From contig JACPAV010000034.1 of assembly GCA_016180645.1 (NCBI GenBank), positions 1 through 57,061 on the forward strand: a stretch of DNA of 57,061 nucleotides, in the 5' to 3' direction. Source of the stretch: Nitrospirota bacterium. Its GTDB lineage: Bacteria > JACPQY01. The notes under the pieces were generated by a model. That model did not search any database and was not told the DNA's origin. It saw only the letters and a list, made by a program, of their open reading frames with translations. The position numbers and the translations under genes are program-made. The stretch's first letter is position 1, and every line of letters begins with the position of its first letter. Of the stretch, positions 19,734-28,929 are shown piece after piece.

Positions 19734-20485
19734 AGGTAGGTTCGCGCTTGGACGGGCTCGCCCAGGTGGCTGTCCAGATAGCTGTGTGGGACGCTTTCAT
19801 AGGTGCGCTCCAGATGGAGAGGGTCTTTCTCGAAGTGCGCGCACAGCTCGTTTTCGTTGAAGATGATTTCGACCACCGGGCTGTTGTAGGCCAGTTTGCG
19901 AAGCAGGGTCGTGGCTCGGCGCCGAACGACGGGAACGGTGTGAAAAATGCACCAGCGGCGCGAAACCCGCCCGGCCTCTTGGATGGCCTCGGCGTAGCCC
20001 AGGAGATGCATCAGCACGGTGCCGGAGATCAAGACATCGCAACCGTTCGTCTTCAGGGGCAGGGCCGTGGCATCGCCCACCAGAAACGGATGATCGGGTT
20101 GGCTCGACCGGGCCAGATGGATCATGGGCGTGGAGTAGTCCAGGCCGACGTAATCGATGGGTTGCTTGAGGAGGAAGCGGAGGACTTCCGCATTCCAGCC
20201 GTTCCCGCATCCCGCTTCGACCAAGCGGGAAGATGCGAGACCTGTGTCCGTCACGGCTTGGGAGAGGGCCAGAAAATCCTCTCGGGGCCGGCCGGCGTAC
20301 ATCTCCTGCAGGACCGGCTGGAACGCGTCCCGCTGGCGGGCGGGGACGTCCGGGGATTGCCAGCCCTTCGTCAATTCCGCCGGGGGGGGGGAGGTCAGGA
20401 TTTCGCATCGAAACGGGTCGTGAGCCGGCCGATCCCGTCGAAGGATTCGGCGAAGCCGTCTACGCAGTTCAGTCCGCATCCGCAA
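19718..20485 (-). CDS. Class I SAM-dependent methyltransferase
   Basis: VEAGCGNG, GLDYS, GDATALP, VLMHL. Confidence 0.85.
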   Translation of the reverse strand: MRMRTELRRRLRRILRRDRPAHDPFRCEILTSPPPAELTKGWQSPDVPARQRDAFQPVLQEMYAGRPREDFLALSQAVTDTGLASSRLVEAGCGNGWNAEVLRFLLKQPIDYVGLDYSTPMIHLARSSQPDHPFLVGDATALPLKTNGCDVLISGTVLMHLLGYAEAIQEAGRVSRRWCIFHTVPVVRRRATTLLRKLAYNSPVVEIIFNENELCAHFEKDPLHLERTYESVPHSYLDSHLGEPVQARTYLCRVA

Positions 20486-20506
20486 GGCCCGACGTGCTTT
20501 TCTCCC

Positions 20507-21736
20507 TCAGGCCTGCTGGAGCTGCGCGCCGCGGCCCGGCCCCGAGGAGGACGCAGGGAGAAACCCGACTTTACTCCGGGCGCCGGTCCAGCGCACATCC
20601 GGGATCAAGACGTGTTTCCGGGCCAGGATACGCGACTTGAACGGCCCGAGGTCCTGAAGCATCGTCCGCACTTCCGTTTCGACGTCCACGGAAGGCTTGT
20701 AGCCCAAATCGAAAAGCTTCCGGTGATCCGGGTTGTAGTAGTGATCTTCCGATTCGAGGCGGGGATTCTCCAGGGGCCGGATCTCCACTCTCAAGCCGAG
20801 CCCGCCGCCGACCTGTTGAACGATCTGCGCGAGTTGGGTGACGTTGTAGACCTCCTGAAACTGGTTCAGCACGCGGTATTCCCCCTTGGAAGCGGGATTC
20901 TCCAGGGCCAGCGTCAGGCACTGCATGGAGTCTCTCAGCGGGATGAATCCGCGCTTCTGCCCGCCTTTCCCATAGGGGGTGAGCGGATGGCCCATTACGG
21001 CCTGACAACAGAAGCGGTTGATGACGGTGCCGAAGGCTTGATCGAAATCCAGCCGCGTCATGAGGGCCGGAGCCGTTTCCGCCCCGCCGGCCCGCGTCCC
21101 GAAGACGACTCCCTGCATGACGTCCGTGGCTCGCAAGCCCCAGATCCGGCAGGCAAACATGATGTTGTTCGATCCGTGTACTTTGCTCCAGTGGTACCAG
21201 GATCCCCCTTGGCGCGGGAAAGGCAGCCGGTCCCGTCGTCCTCGGTACTCGATTTCGAAGAAGCCCTCCGGGATATCGAGGTTTGGGGTTCCATACTCCC
21301 CCATGGTGCCCAGTTTTACCAGGTGGGTATCGGGGCTCCGGTGGCGGATGGCGAAGAGGAGGTTGAAGGTGGTCGTGAGGTTATTCGTTTGGACGAATAC
21401 GGCGTGGTGCGCGTCGACCATCGAATAGGGTGCGGAGGGGCATTCTCCGAAGTGGACGACCGCGTCCGGCCTGAACTCGCGGACCAGTTTGTCCACGAAG
21501 GCATACCGTCTCAGGTCGCCCTTCCAGAATCGGAGCGGTTTTCCGAACCGTTTCTTGAACGCGCGCAGGCGTTCCGCGATGGGAGGGGTGGGGATGGCGC
21601 TCCACGAGCCCATTTCCTGAACCCACTTTCGGCGGAAAAAGATATCGGCCCCGGCCACGTCATGCCCGCGAGCCGCCAGGGCTTGGGCGAGCGGCCATCC
21701 CAGGTATCCATCCATGCCGGCGATCAGTATTCTCAT
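20507..21736 (-). CDS. sqdB: UDP-sulfoquinovose synthase (SqdB/Agl3 family)
   Basis: GMDGYLGWP, SAPYSM, HLVKLGTMGEYGTPN, YHWSKVH, TDVMQGVVFG, RFCCQAVMGHPLTPYGKGGQKRGF, HYYNP. Confidence 0.92.
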   Translation of the reverse strand: MRILIAGMDGYLGWPLAQALAARGHDVAGADIFFRRKWVQEMGSWSAIPTPPIAERLRAFKKRFGKPLRFWKGDLRRYAFVDKLVREFRPDAVVHFGECPSAPYSMVDAHHAVFVQTNNLTTTFNLLFAIRHRSPDTHLVKLGTMGEYGTPNLDIPEGFFEIEYRGRRDRLPFPRQGGSWYHWSKVHGSNNIMFACRIWGLRATDVMQGVVFGTRAGGAETAPALMTRLDFDQAFGTVINRFCCQAVMGHPLTPYGKGGQKRGFIPLRDSMQCLTLALENPASKGEYRVLNQFQEVYNVTQLAQIVQQVGGGLGLRVEIRPLENPRLESEDHYYNPDHRKLFDLGYKPSVDVETEVRTMLQDLGPFKSRILARKHVLIPDVRWTGARSKVGFLPASSSGPGRGAQLQQA

Positions 21737-21754
21737 TTCACGACCTCCTTCACT

Positions 21755-22912
21755 TCAAGCGCCATGTCCGGAAAACGAGGACTCATACAGTTGATGGAAT
21801 TTTCTTGCCATCGCCTCGGGGCTGAACTCCCGCGCCCATCGTTGGGCGCCTTCACGGCCTATTCTCTGCCGTTGCTCGGGGTCCGACAGCAGGGATTGCA
21901 GGGCGGAGTGAAGAGCTCGGAAGTCGCCCTCGGGAACGATGATCCCGGCTTCTCCGATCACTTCGGGGATGGCCCCCGAATCGGACCCCACCACGGGGAT
22001 CCCGCACGCCATGGCCTCGCCGATGACGCGGCCGAATTGCTCGCTCATGCCCGGGGTGGTGAGCGAGGGAACCGCCAGGATATCCATGGAGTGGAGATAG
22101 GCCGGAACCTCACGGGCGGAGACTCCACCGGCGAATCGGACCCGATGGGAGAGGCCGGTCGCCTGGGCGAGGAGGAACGCGTCGGAAAGGAAGGGGCCGT
22201 CACCGACGATCAGGGCGGCGGCGTCCGGCAAGCCGTGAAGCGCCGCCAGCAGAATGCTGATGCCCTTGTCCCAAATGATCCGGCCGATGAACCCCACCGT
22301 GGGTTTGCCGGCCGTGCCGTGGGTATCCCGCACGCGGCGCACGGCATCGGGGTCGGCCGTTTTCGCGATGCAAGGCCGGAAGGTGCGCTCAATCCGGAGC
22401 CGCCGGGGATAGCCGGCATTCCGCATGGCGCGGATGGCGATGGAGTTGACGGTGTTCCCGCCTGCGATCACCCTCCCGACCGTGGCCCACCAGAGTTTGG
22501 TGTGCCTTCCGAGCGGCGGCGCGGTGTTTGTGCTCTGCCAGAAGAAAACTCTCGAACAGAGCCGATGGTAGGCACAGAGACGGGCGATCTGTCGGAACTG
22601 GGGCGTCGAGGGCTCTTCATACACGTGAATCACGTCGGGATGGGCCTTTCGGAGCGCCTGTTTCAGAGGGGACTTGGCGAACTCCGATGCCCAATAGGAC
22701 GGATCTTTCAGTGGAAGATGGATGATCCGATAACCTTCGTGCGGCACGTCGGCCGACCATTTCAGGAGCTTCGCCCAGGGCGGGCCCGGGAAGGGGTAGA
22801 CTTCATCCGCCACGATCACCGTCAATTCGACGCCGGGAATGCGCGCCATCGCTTCGAACGTGGCCCGGTCGACGGGATCCAACCCATACGCACAGACGAT
22901 CGTGATCTTCAT
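21755..22912 (-). CDS. GT4 (GT-B) glycosyltransferase
   Basis: GFIGRIIWDKG, EQFGRVIGEAMACGIPVVGSDSGAIPE. Confidence 0.9.
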   Translation of the reverse strand: MKITIVCAYGLDPVDRATFEAMARIPGVELTVIVADEVYPFPGPPWAKLLKWSADVPHEGYRIIHLPLKDPSYWASEFAKSPLKQALRKAHPDVIHVYEEPSTPQFRQIARLCAYHRLCSRVFFWQSTNTAPPLGRHTKLWWATVGRVIAGGNTVNSIAIRAMRNAGYPRRLRIERTFRPCIAKTADPDAVRRVRDTHGTAGKPTVGFIGRIIWDKGISILLAALHGLPDAAALIVGDGPFLSDAFLLAQATGLSHRVRFAGGVSAREVPAYLHSMDILAVPSLTTPGMSEQFGRVIGEAMACGIPVVGSDSGAIPEVIGEAGIIVPEGDFRALHSALQSLLSDPEQRQRIGREGAQRWAREFSPEAMARKFHQLYESSFSGHGA

Positions 22913-23868
22913 GTGGGCTTCCCCACGGCCGCCCCGGCGCCTGGGCGGCCCCGTCGGAGCCGGTCGATCGCGCCCCGTTTGATCGCACGGGCCACGTTGG
23001 TCCAGAAGATGCCGGATTCCCGCATTTCCGGGATCCTCAGCAGGGCGGCGCAGAAGCCCAGAAATTCAGGAATGGAGTTTGCGGCGAGGTATTGGAGCGT
23101 GAACCAGGGGTCGCGCACGGTTTGATCGATGAGCGCCCGCTTGCAGGACTTGAATTCCTCTTCCGGCAGCACTTCTCGGATGATCCGGATGATGGAGGCG
23201 TAGCCGTGGTCGGGAGGCCGGTCGTAGTAGACCTTGTTGTTGACGCGGTGTTTGACGAGGGGAAACGCGGTGTAGTACGCGGGGGCCTTCTTGAGGGCGA
23301 TCCCCGTCACGTACATTTGGGCGAAGAGGCTGTCGATGTGCCGGAGGTGCCCTTCCCAATCGATGAGATCGCGGCGGAGGACCGTTCGGGAGAGCACGAA
23401 GCAAGGATGGAACAGGGACTCCAAGGCATCGGCGCCCGCGGAGAACCGTCTGGAGTTCGGGAAACCGGACCAAGACGACACCGGTGTCCCTTCATCGTTG
23501 AACCTCTCCAGGTGGCTCAGGATCAAACCGATCTCCGGATCTTCCCTCAGGATCCGGCGCACCTCCCGCAAGGCTCCGGGCAGAAGGAGATCGTCGTCCG
23601 TCAGAAAGAAGGCGTGCGATCCGCGGGCGAATTTCCAGACGTTGTGCACATTCATGGAAAGTCCCAGGTTCGACTCGTTCCGAACGTAGCGCAGCCGCGG
23701 GTCCCTGAACGAGGACACGACCTGCGGTGTGTCATCCGGCGAGGCGTTGTCGCTCACCACAATCTCCAGATCCGAATCGGACTCCTTGAGGACGCTTTGA
23801 AGACATTCGCGGAGGTTGGCGGCGCGCCGGTAGGTGGGGATGACGATGCTGATCCTCGGTGAAGGCAT
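22909..23868 (-). CDS. GT2 glycosyltransferase (candidate dideoxyhexosyl transferase)
   Basis: SIVIPTYRR, VSDNASPD, NLGLSMN, LTDDD; directly downstream of rfbH. Confidence 0.88.
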   Translation of the reverse strand: MPSPRISIVIPTYRRAANLRECLQSVLKESDSDLEIVVSDNASPDDTPQVVSSFRDPRLRYVRNESNLGLSMNVHNVWKFARGSHAFFLTDDDLLLPGALREVRRILREDPEIGLILSHLERFNDEGTPVSSWSGFPNSRRFSAGADALESLFHPCFVLSRTVLRRDLIDWEGHLRHIDSLFAQMYVTGIALKKAPAYYTAFPLVKHRVNNKVYYDRPPDHGYASIIRIIREVLPEEEFKSCKRALIDQTVRDPWFTLQYLAANSIPEFLGFCAALLRIPEMRESGIFWTNVARAIKRGAIDRLRRGRPGAGAAVGKPT

Positions 23869-23879
23869 GGGATCCGGTT

Positions 23880-26114
23880 TCAGACCACCGCCCGGCGACC
23901 GGCCGTCTGACGGCGGAAAAAATCCCGGAAGCGTTCCAGGACGAAATCGATTTTCTCATCGGAAAGGCCCGGATACACGCCGATGAAGAAGGAATCGCGC
24001 ATGACGCGGTCGGAGTGGGCGAGGGATCCCGCGACGCGGGCCTTGATCTGGCGGTATGCGGGTTGGCGGAGGATGTTCCCCCCGAAAATCTCCCGCGTTT
24101 CGATGTTGGCCGTTTCAAGCCAATGAACCAGTTCGAAGCGTGACGCGCCTCCATGGACGGAGATGGGGAACCCGAACCACGAAGGATTCGCGCGCGAATC
24201 CCAACGAGGGAGGACGAGGCGATCCTGGTAGGACTGAAGGCCGTCGTAGAGTCGTGAGAAGTTTCGACGGCGCGCTTGAATGAATTCGTCCAGCCGGGCG
24301 AATTGCGCAAGGCCGATGGCCGCCTGCATGTCCGTGGGTTTGAAGTTGTAGCCGAGGTTCGAATAGGTGTATTTGTGGTCGTAGCCTTTGGGGAGGTCGC
24401 CCAGTTCCCAGCCGAACCGCTTTCCGCACGTGTTCGATTCGCCGGGGGCGCACCAACAGTCTCTTCCCCAATCCCGGACGGACCTGACCAGGCGGGAGAG
24501 GTGGGACCGGTTCACGACCACCCCCCCCCCTTCCCCCATCGTCAAGTGATGGGCCGGATAGAAGCTCAGCGTGGCCAGGTCGCCGAATGTGCCCACGCGG
24601 CGGTCGCCGAACGTCCCTCCCAACGCATCGCAGCAGTCCTCGATCAGGAACAAACGGAACTTTTCCGCCAGGCCGGTCAGGATCTCCATGTCGCAAGGGT
24701 TGCCCAGGGTGTGAGGGACCAGGATCGCCCGCGTGCGGGGCGAAAGGGCCGATTCGACGAGCGTCGGATCGATGTTGTAGGTGCCGATCTCGCAGTCGAC
24801 GAGAACGGGAACCAGCCCGCTGTGAACGAGGGGGGCCAGCGTGGTGGGGAAGGTCACCGCCGGGGTGATGACTTCATCTCCCGGCCGGAGGGGATGGTCC
24901 AGTTGGGCGGACATGAGGGTCAGGACGGCCGTCAGGTTGGCACTCGAGCCGGAATTGACGAGCACGAAGTCCCGTGATCCGAAGAATCTTTTCATCTCCC
25001 GCTCGAATCGGTCTCCATAGCGGCCCAGGGTGAGCCAGAACTCCAGCGCGCTGTCGACCAGGTTCGTCATTTCATTCTCTCCGTAAACCCGGCCCGAGTA
25101 TTGGATGCGCGACTTGAACGGGACGAAGGGCTCCGGTCGGTGGGCCACCCGATAGTATTCCCCGACCTTCTCGAGAATGTCCCGTCTCAGCGATTCGGCG
25201 CTTCCCGTTTGGGGCCGCGATTCGTGAGCGGACTGGGTATCGGAAAGCCAGTGTCGGCGGAAGCGTTTCAGGGCTTCCTGGAGATTCATGGCGTCCGTCC
25301 CGAGGAGCGTTTCCAGTTTGCCGGTGGTCAGGCCTCCTTGAAGAGGGCGGGTGGCACGCGGGCCCATGGCGGCCGTGGGCGTGGGGAGGACACGATCGGG
25401 ATCCAGAGACATGGACTTGGCGAGCTGCTTTCCAAGATCGCTGCGGGTCATACGATCTTTTCCAACGACGTTGAAGATCCCACCGGCGCCCCGCTGAACG
25501 AGTCGAACCGTGACCTCGGCCAGATACTCCGCAAGGGTGGGATTGCACCATTCGTCCGATGGAACCCGCATCGGCTTCCCGGTCGGGAGGACCTCCCAAA
25601 TCTGCATGGCGAAGTTTCGAGAAAGCCGGTTCCATCCGAAGACCGCCGTGGTTCTCACAATGATCGGATCGGACGTTTCGGATCGGATGCGTTCCTCCGC
25701 CTCGAGTTTAAGCCGGCCGTAGACGTTGACGGGGTGTGGAAGATCGTCTTCACTGTAGGGACCGCGCGTGCCGTCAAAGATGTAGTCCGTCGAATAGTAG
25801 ACGAGCCGCGCCCCTTGAGTCCGGGCGGCTTGGCACACATGGTCGATTCCGTCCACCAGAACCTCCCGGGCCTCCGCGGGGTGTTCCTCGCAGGCGTTCA
25901 CTCCGCCGGGTATGTTGACGGCCAGGAAAATCCATTCCGGTCGGGTCTCCTCCAGAGTTCGCTCGATGGCTCGTGCGTCCCGGATGTCCAGACGAATCGC
26001 GAACTCGGTGACGTGGCGAAAGGCTCCCCGGATGACTTGGACCCCGGAGTTTTCCAACGCGTCCGACAAGGCGGTCCCGACCAATCCCGAAGCTCCCAGC
26101 ACCAAGGCTTTCAT
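23880..26114 (-). CDS. rfbH: Fusion: RmlD-like NAD(P)-dependent sugar reductase + RfbH/DdhC (E1) CDP-4-keto-6-deoxyglucose 3-dehydrase
   Basis: N-part: GASGLVG, STDYIFDG, YGRLK. C-part: VNSGSSANL, EDCCDALG, SFYPAHHLTMGEGG (His at the PLP-Lys position), WGRDCWC...NTCGKRF, YDHKY. Confidence 0.9.
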   Translation of the reverse strand: MKALVLGASGLVGTALSDALENSGVQVIRGAFRHVTEFAIRLDIRDARAIERTLEETRPEWIFLAVNIPGGVNACEEHPAEAREVLVDGIDHVCQAARTQGARLVYYSTDYIFDGTRGPYSEDDLPHPVNVYGRLKLEAEERIRSETSDPIIVRTTAVFGWNRLSRNFAMQIWEVLPTGKPMRVPSDEWCNPTLAEYLAEVTVRLVQRGAGGIFNVVGKDRMTRSDLGKQLAKSMSLDPDRVLPTPTAAMGPRATRPLQGGLTTGKLETLLGTDAMNLQEALKRFRRHWLSDTQSAHESRPQTGSAESLRRDILEKVGEYYRVAHRPEPFVPFKSRIQYSGRVYGENEMTNLVDSALEFWLTLGRYGDRFEREMKRFFGSRDFVLVNSGSSANLTAVLTLMSAQLDHPLRPGDEVITPAVTFPTTLAPLVHSGLVPVLVDCEIGTYNIDPTLVESALSPRTRAILVPHTLGNPCDMEILTGLAEKFRLFLIEDCCDALGGTFGDRRVGTFGDLATLSFYPAHHLTMGEGGGVVVNRSHLSRLVRSVRDWGRDCWCAPGESNTCGKRFGWELGDLPKGYDHKYTYSNLGYNFKPTDMQAAIGLAQFARLDEFIQARRRNFSRLYDGLQSYQDRLVLPRWDSRANPSWFGFPISVHGGASRFELVHWLETANIETREIFGGNILRQPAYRQIKARVAGSLAHSDRVMRDSFFIGVYPGLSDEKIDFVLERFRDFFRRQTAGRRAVV

Positions 26115-26134
26115 CTCAGGCCGATCCGCTCCCG

Positions 26135-26584
26135 TTATCGGTTTTGGAGTTCCCAGTCGTAAGGGATCTCGGTGGTGGAGGGGTCGAGCCGAACAATTTC
26201 AGCGGGGTCGTGGGGCTCCGTGGCGCAATTGGCCACGAAGGCGGGGGCCGAGCCGACGCCCTTGAAGCCGTTCCAGACGAGCGCCGGAACGCGAACGAGA
26301 ACATGATTCGCCTCCCCCAGGAATAGCTCCATGATTTCACCGCGGGTCGGAGAACCTTCGCGCCCGTCGTAAAGAACGAGCTTGATCGTTCCGGACACAA
26401 CGGCATAGTTCAGGACCATGCGCTTGTGCAAATGCCAGCCCTTGACCACGCCCGGGTAGACCATGGAGAAATAGATCTCGCCGAACTTCTCGAAATGCGG
26501 GGCGTCCGCCCGCAACATGTGCATGATTTTTCCCCGCTCGTCCTGAATCTGGCGCAACGGATGGATCTGCACGCCTTGGATCAT
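26135..26584 (-). CDS. RmlC-like cupin, NDP-4-keto-sugar 3,5-epimerase family
   Basis: DERG, FGEIYFS, VKGWHLH, IPYDW. Confidence 0.88.
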   Translation of the reverse strand: MIQGVQIHPLRQIQDERGKIMHMLRADAPHFEKFGEIYFSMVYPGVVKGWHLHKRMVLNYAVVSGTIKLVLYDGREGSPTRGEIMELFLGEANHVLVRVPALVWNGFKGVGSAPAFVANCATEPHDPAEIVRLDPSTTEIPYDWELQNR

Positions 26585-26594
26585 CGTTCGCCCC

Positions 26595-27599
26595 TCATAC
26601 AGTCTGCCCGAAGAAACCCCTGTACCATTCGATGGTTTCCCGAAGCCCCTCCTTGAGGCCTATCTTCGCCCTCCAGCCGAGGAGGCGCCGGGCTTTGGCG
26701 GTGCTGAGGTGCTGGGACAGGATTTCGCCAGAGGCGGTATCGAGGATCTTTGGATGAATGTTGTCGGCTCCCATCAAGCGCCCGATTCGGCGCACGAGGG
26801 TCAGCACGGTGACCGGCTCTTCGGAGCTGAAATTGAAGGCTTCGCCTCGAATCTTCGCCTCCGCCAACCCGTCGGCCAACCTCAGGTAGGCGCGCACGAC
26901 GTCCTTGACGTAGGTGTAGTCGCGCACGTACTTCCCGTTGCTTCGGATGACCGGTCTTTCGCCTCCAAGCAGAGATCGGATGGTTCCCGGCACGATGCGG
27001 GACCAGTTCAGGTCGGCCCCTCCATACACGTTGCCGCACCGGGCGATGCCGACGGGCAGCCCATACGTGCGGTGGTAGCACCGGGCGAGCAGGTCGGCGC
27101 AACTTTTCGAGACTTCGTAAGGGAAGAGGCCGTTGAGGGGCATGTCCTCCCGATAGGGCAGCCGGGGGGGGGTTCCGTAGGCCTTGTCACTGGAGGCGAT
27201 GACGATCCGCCGGACGAACCCGGATTGCCGCCGGCAGGCTTCCAGAAGATGGTAGGTGCCGCGGATGTTGGCCTCGAACGTCTGGAGGGGCGATCGGGCG
27301 GCCGTGGTCACAATGGTTTGCGCGGCGAGGTGGAACACCGTGTCCGCATCATGTTTGAGGATGGCCCGTTCGAGGGTTTCCGGGTCCTCCACCGCTCCAT
27401 GGATCACCGAGATCCTTCGGATGTCGCCGCTCCGGAGCAGCTCGGAGTTCGGATCGGCGTCCCGGATGAGCCCGATGACAAAGGATCCGCGGGCCAGCAG
27501 CTCTTTGACCAGCCAGGAGCCGACGATTCCCGTGGCCCCGGTTACCAGAACGCGGCGGGAACTCCACGAGGGCCCCACCCTCTTGCCGTTTGGCTTCAT
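26595..27599 (-). CDS. rfbG: CDP-glucose 4,6-dehydratase-like SDR
   Basis: TGATGIVGSW, HLAAQTIV, ASSDKAYG, YEVSK, RCGNVYGGADLNWSRIVP; adjacent to rfbH. Confidence 0.75.
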   Translation of the reverse strand: MKPNGKRVGPSWSSRRVLVTGATGIVGSWLVKELLARGSFVIGLIRDADPNSELLRSGDIRRISVIHGAVEDPETLERAILKHDADTVFHLAAQTIVTTAARSPLQTFEANIRGTYHLLEACRRQSGFVRRIVIASSDKAYGTPPRLPYREDMPLNGLFPYEVSKSCADLLARCYHRTYGLPVGIARCGNVYGGADLNWSRIVPGTIRSLLGGERPVIRSNGKYVRDYTYVKDVVRAYLRLADGLAEAKIRGEAFNFSSEEPVTVLTLVRRIGRLMGADNIHPKILDTASGEILSQHLSTAKARRLLGWRAKIGLKEGLRETIEWYRGFFGQTV

Positions 27600-27615
27600 G
27601 TCAATCCTTCCACTT

Positions 27616-28929
27616 TCACGAAAGCGCCGAGGAGATCCTGAACGTGACCGATGCCCATGCCCGGCGGCAGACGTGTTCGACGGTCCACCCGGCCCGCTTC
27701 AGCCATCCCCGGAGCGCTTCGGGGTCCCCCCACCTCTCGGCCTTCCGGAGCAGGGTTGCAGGCCCCTTCAATTCGGGATCGTGTTCGAGGGCCATCGCGG
27801 CATACTCCTTCCATCGGGTCCGACGGGTATCGACCCGCCTGAGTTCCGCTCGGGCCCAGGCGAAATAGTGTTCGGCCATCGACCGGCGAAGGGGGTTCGG
27901 TTGCTCCACCGCGGCCACGGGCGCCGGCCGGCCGTTTTGATGCAGGTCCGCTTCGAGGTGCTCGAACAGCGCGCGGAGTGTCTCGTGCGCTTCGTATTGC
28001 CTCAGCGCCCTCTGGTGGGCCCGGTTCGCCATCTCTTCCCTTTCCTTTTCGTGGGCCAGATAATACCTGATTTTGTCGGCGGCTTCCGCCGGCGATTGGA
28101 ACACGTCCACCTCGCGGCCGACGTCGAAATACTTTCCCAGGAGCGGCATGTCCTCGGTCAGGAGGAATCCGCCGCACATCGGAATCTCAAAGAGGCGGCC
28201 TTTCAGTTGGTGGGGCGCATTCGGATCATTGGGGTTCGACGTGAAGCTGAGATTCACCCGCGTGCGATTGACCGCCCTCACGAACTCCGCCGTGGAGAGA
28301 CCGGGATCCCGGTAGCCCCTCCCGTAGACGAAAACGTCCGCGCCTGCCTTGGCGATGTCCGCCATTGCCCGCTCCCGTTCGCCGTGCAAGGTGCCGACGA
28401 AGCCGGCGTCGTGTTCCTTCGGAACCCCGGGAAGCTTGGAAAAGACGGATCCATTGACGGGAATGATCGGCACCATCAGACGGGCGCGCGCGCCCATCCG
28501 GCGATAGGGTTCGACGACCGACGGCGTATTGGTGACGGCATAGTCGAGGTTGGGCAGCATCCATCGAGATCGGGTTTCGAACAAGACCTCGTCGTCGAAG
28601 AAAAAGCCCAGCACATGGGTCCCGCTCCGTCGGGCGGCCTGGAGGGTGGTGTCCGTCACCAGTCCCGTGAAATCGCACATATGGAGGAGATAGCGGGGCC
28701 GAAAGGTTTCCACCAGATCGAGAATCTCGCGGTTGGCTTGCGAGATTCCCCGTGCATTGGCGCCGGCGTAGATGTCGTACCGGAGGGCGCGGCGGAAGGT
28801 GCGGCACAACGGCTCGTACCAGGTGGCGTCTATGTCCCGGTTGCACGTGAGCTGGATCCCCGGTTCGCCGGCCAGGCCGAGCCCGCGCTGGCTCGTCAGG
28901 GTCACGAGGAGGACCGTGGCGTCAACCAT
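27616..28929 (-). CDS. CgeB-like GT-B glycosyltransferase
   Basis: KGRLFEIPMCGGFLLT, KIRYYLAHEKERE; start moved to ATG at 28929. Confidence 0.82.
   Translation of the reverse strand: MVDATVLLVTLTSQRGLGLAGEPGIQLTCNRDIDATWYEPLCRTFRRALRYDIYAGANARGISQANREILDLVETFRPRYLLHMCDFTGLVTDTTLQAARRSGTHVLGFFFDDEVLFETRSRWMLPNLDYAVTNTPSVVEPYRRMGARARLMVPIIPVNGSVFSKLPGVPKEHDAGFVGTLHGERERAMADIAKAGADVFVYGRGYRDPGLSTAEFVRAVNRTRVNLSFTSNPNDPNAPHQLKGRLFEIPMCGGFLLTEDMPLLGKYFDVGREVDVFQSPAEAADKIRYYLAHEKEREEMANRAHQRALRQYEAHETLRALFEHLEADLHQNGRPAPVAAVEQPNPLRRSMAEHYFAWARAELRRVDTRRTRWKEYAAMALEHDPELKGPATLLRKAERWGDPEALRGWLKRAGWTVEHVCRRAWASVTFRISSALS

Noticed and set aside
19748-23125. 1125-aa plus-strand ORF
   Set aside because: Antisense shadow of motif-supported minus-strand genes (methyltransferase, sqdB, GT4, GT2) in GC-rich DNA; no recognisable domain
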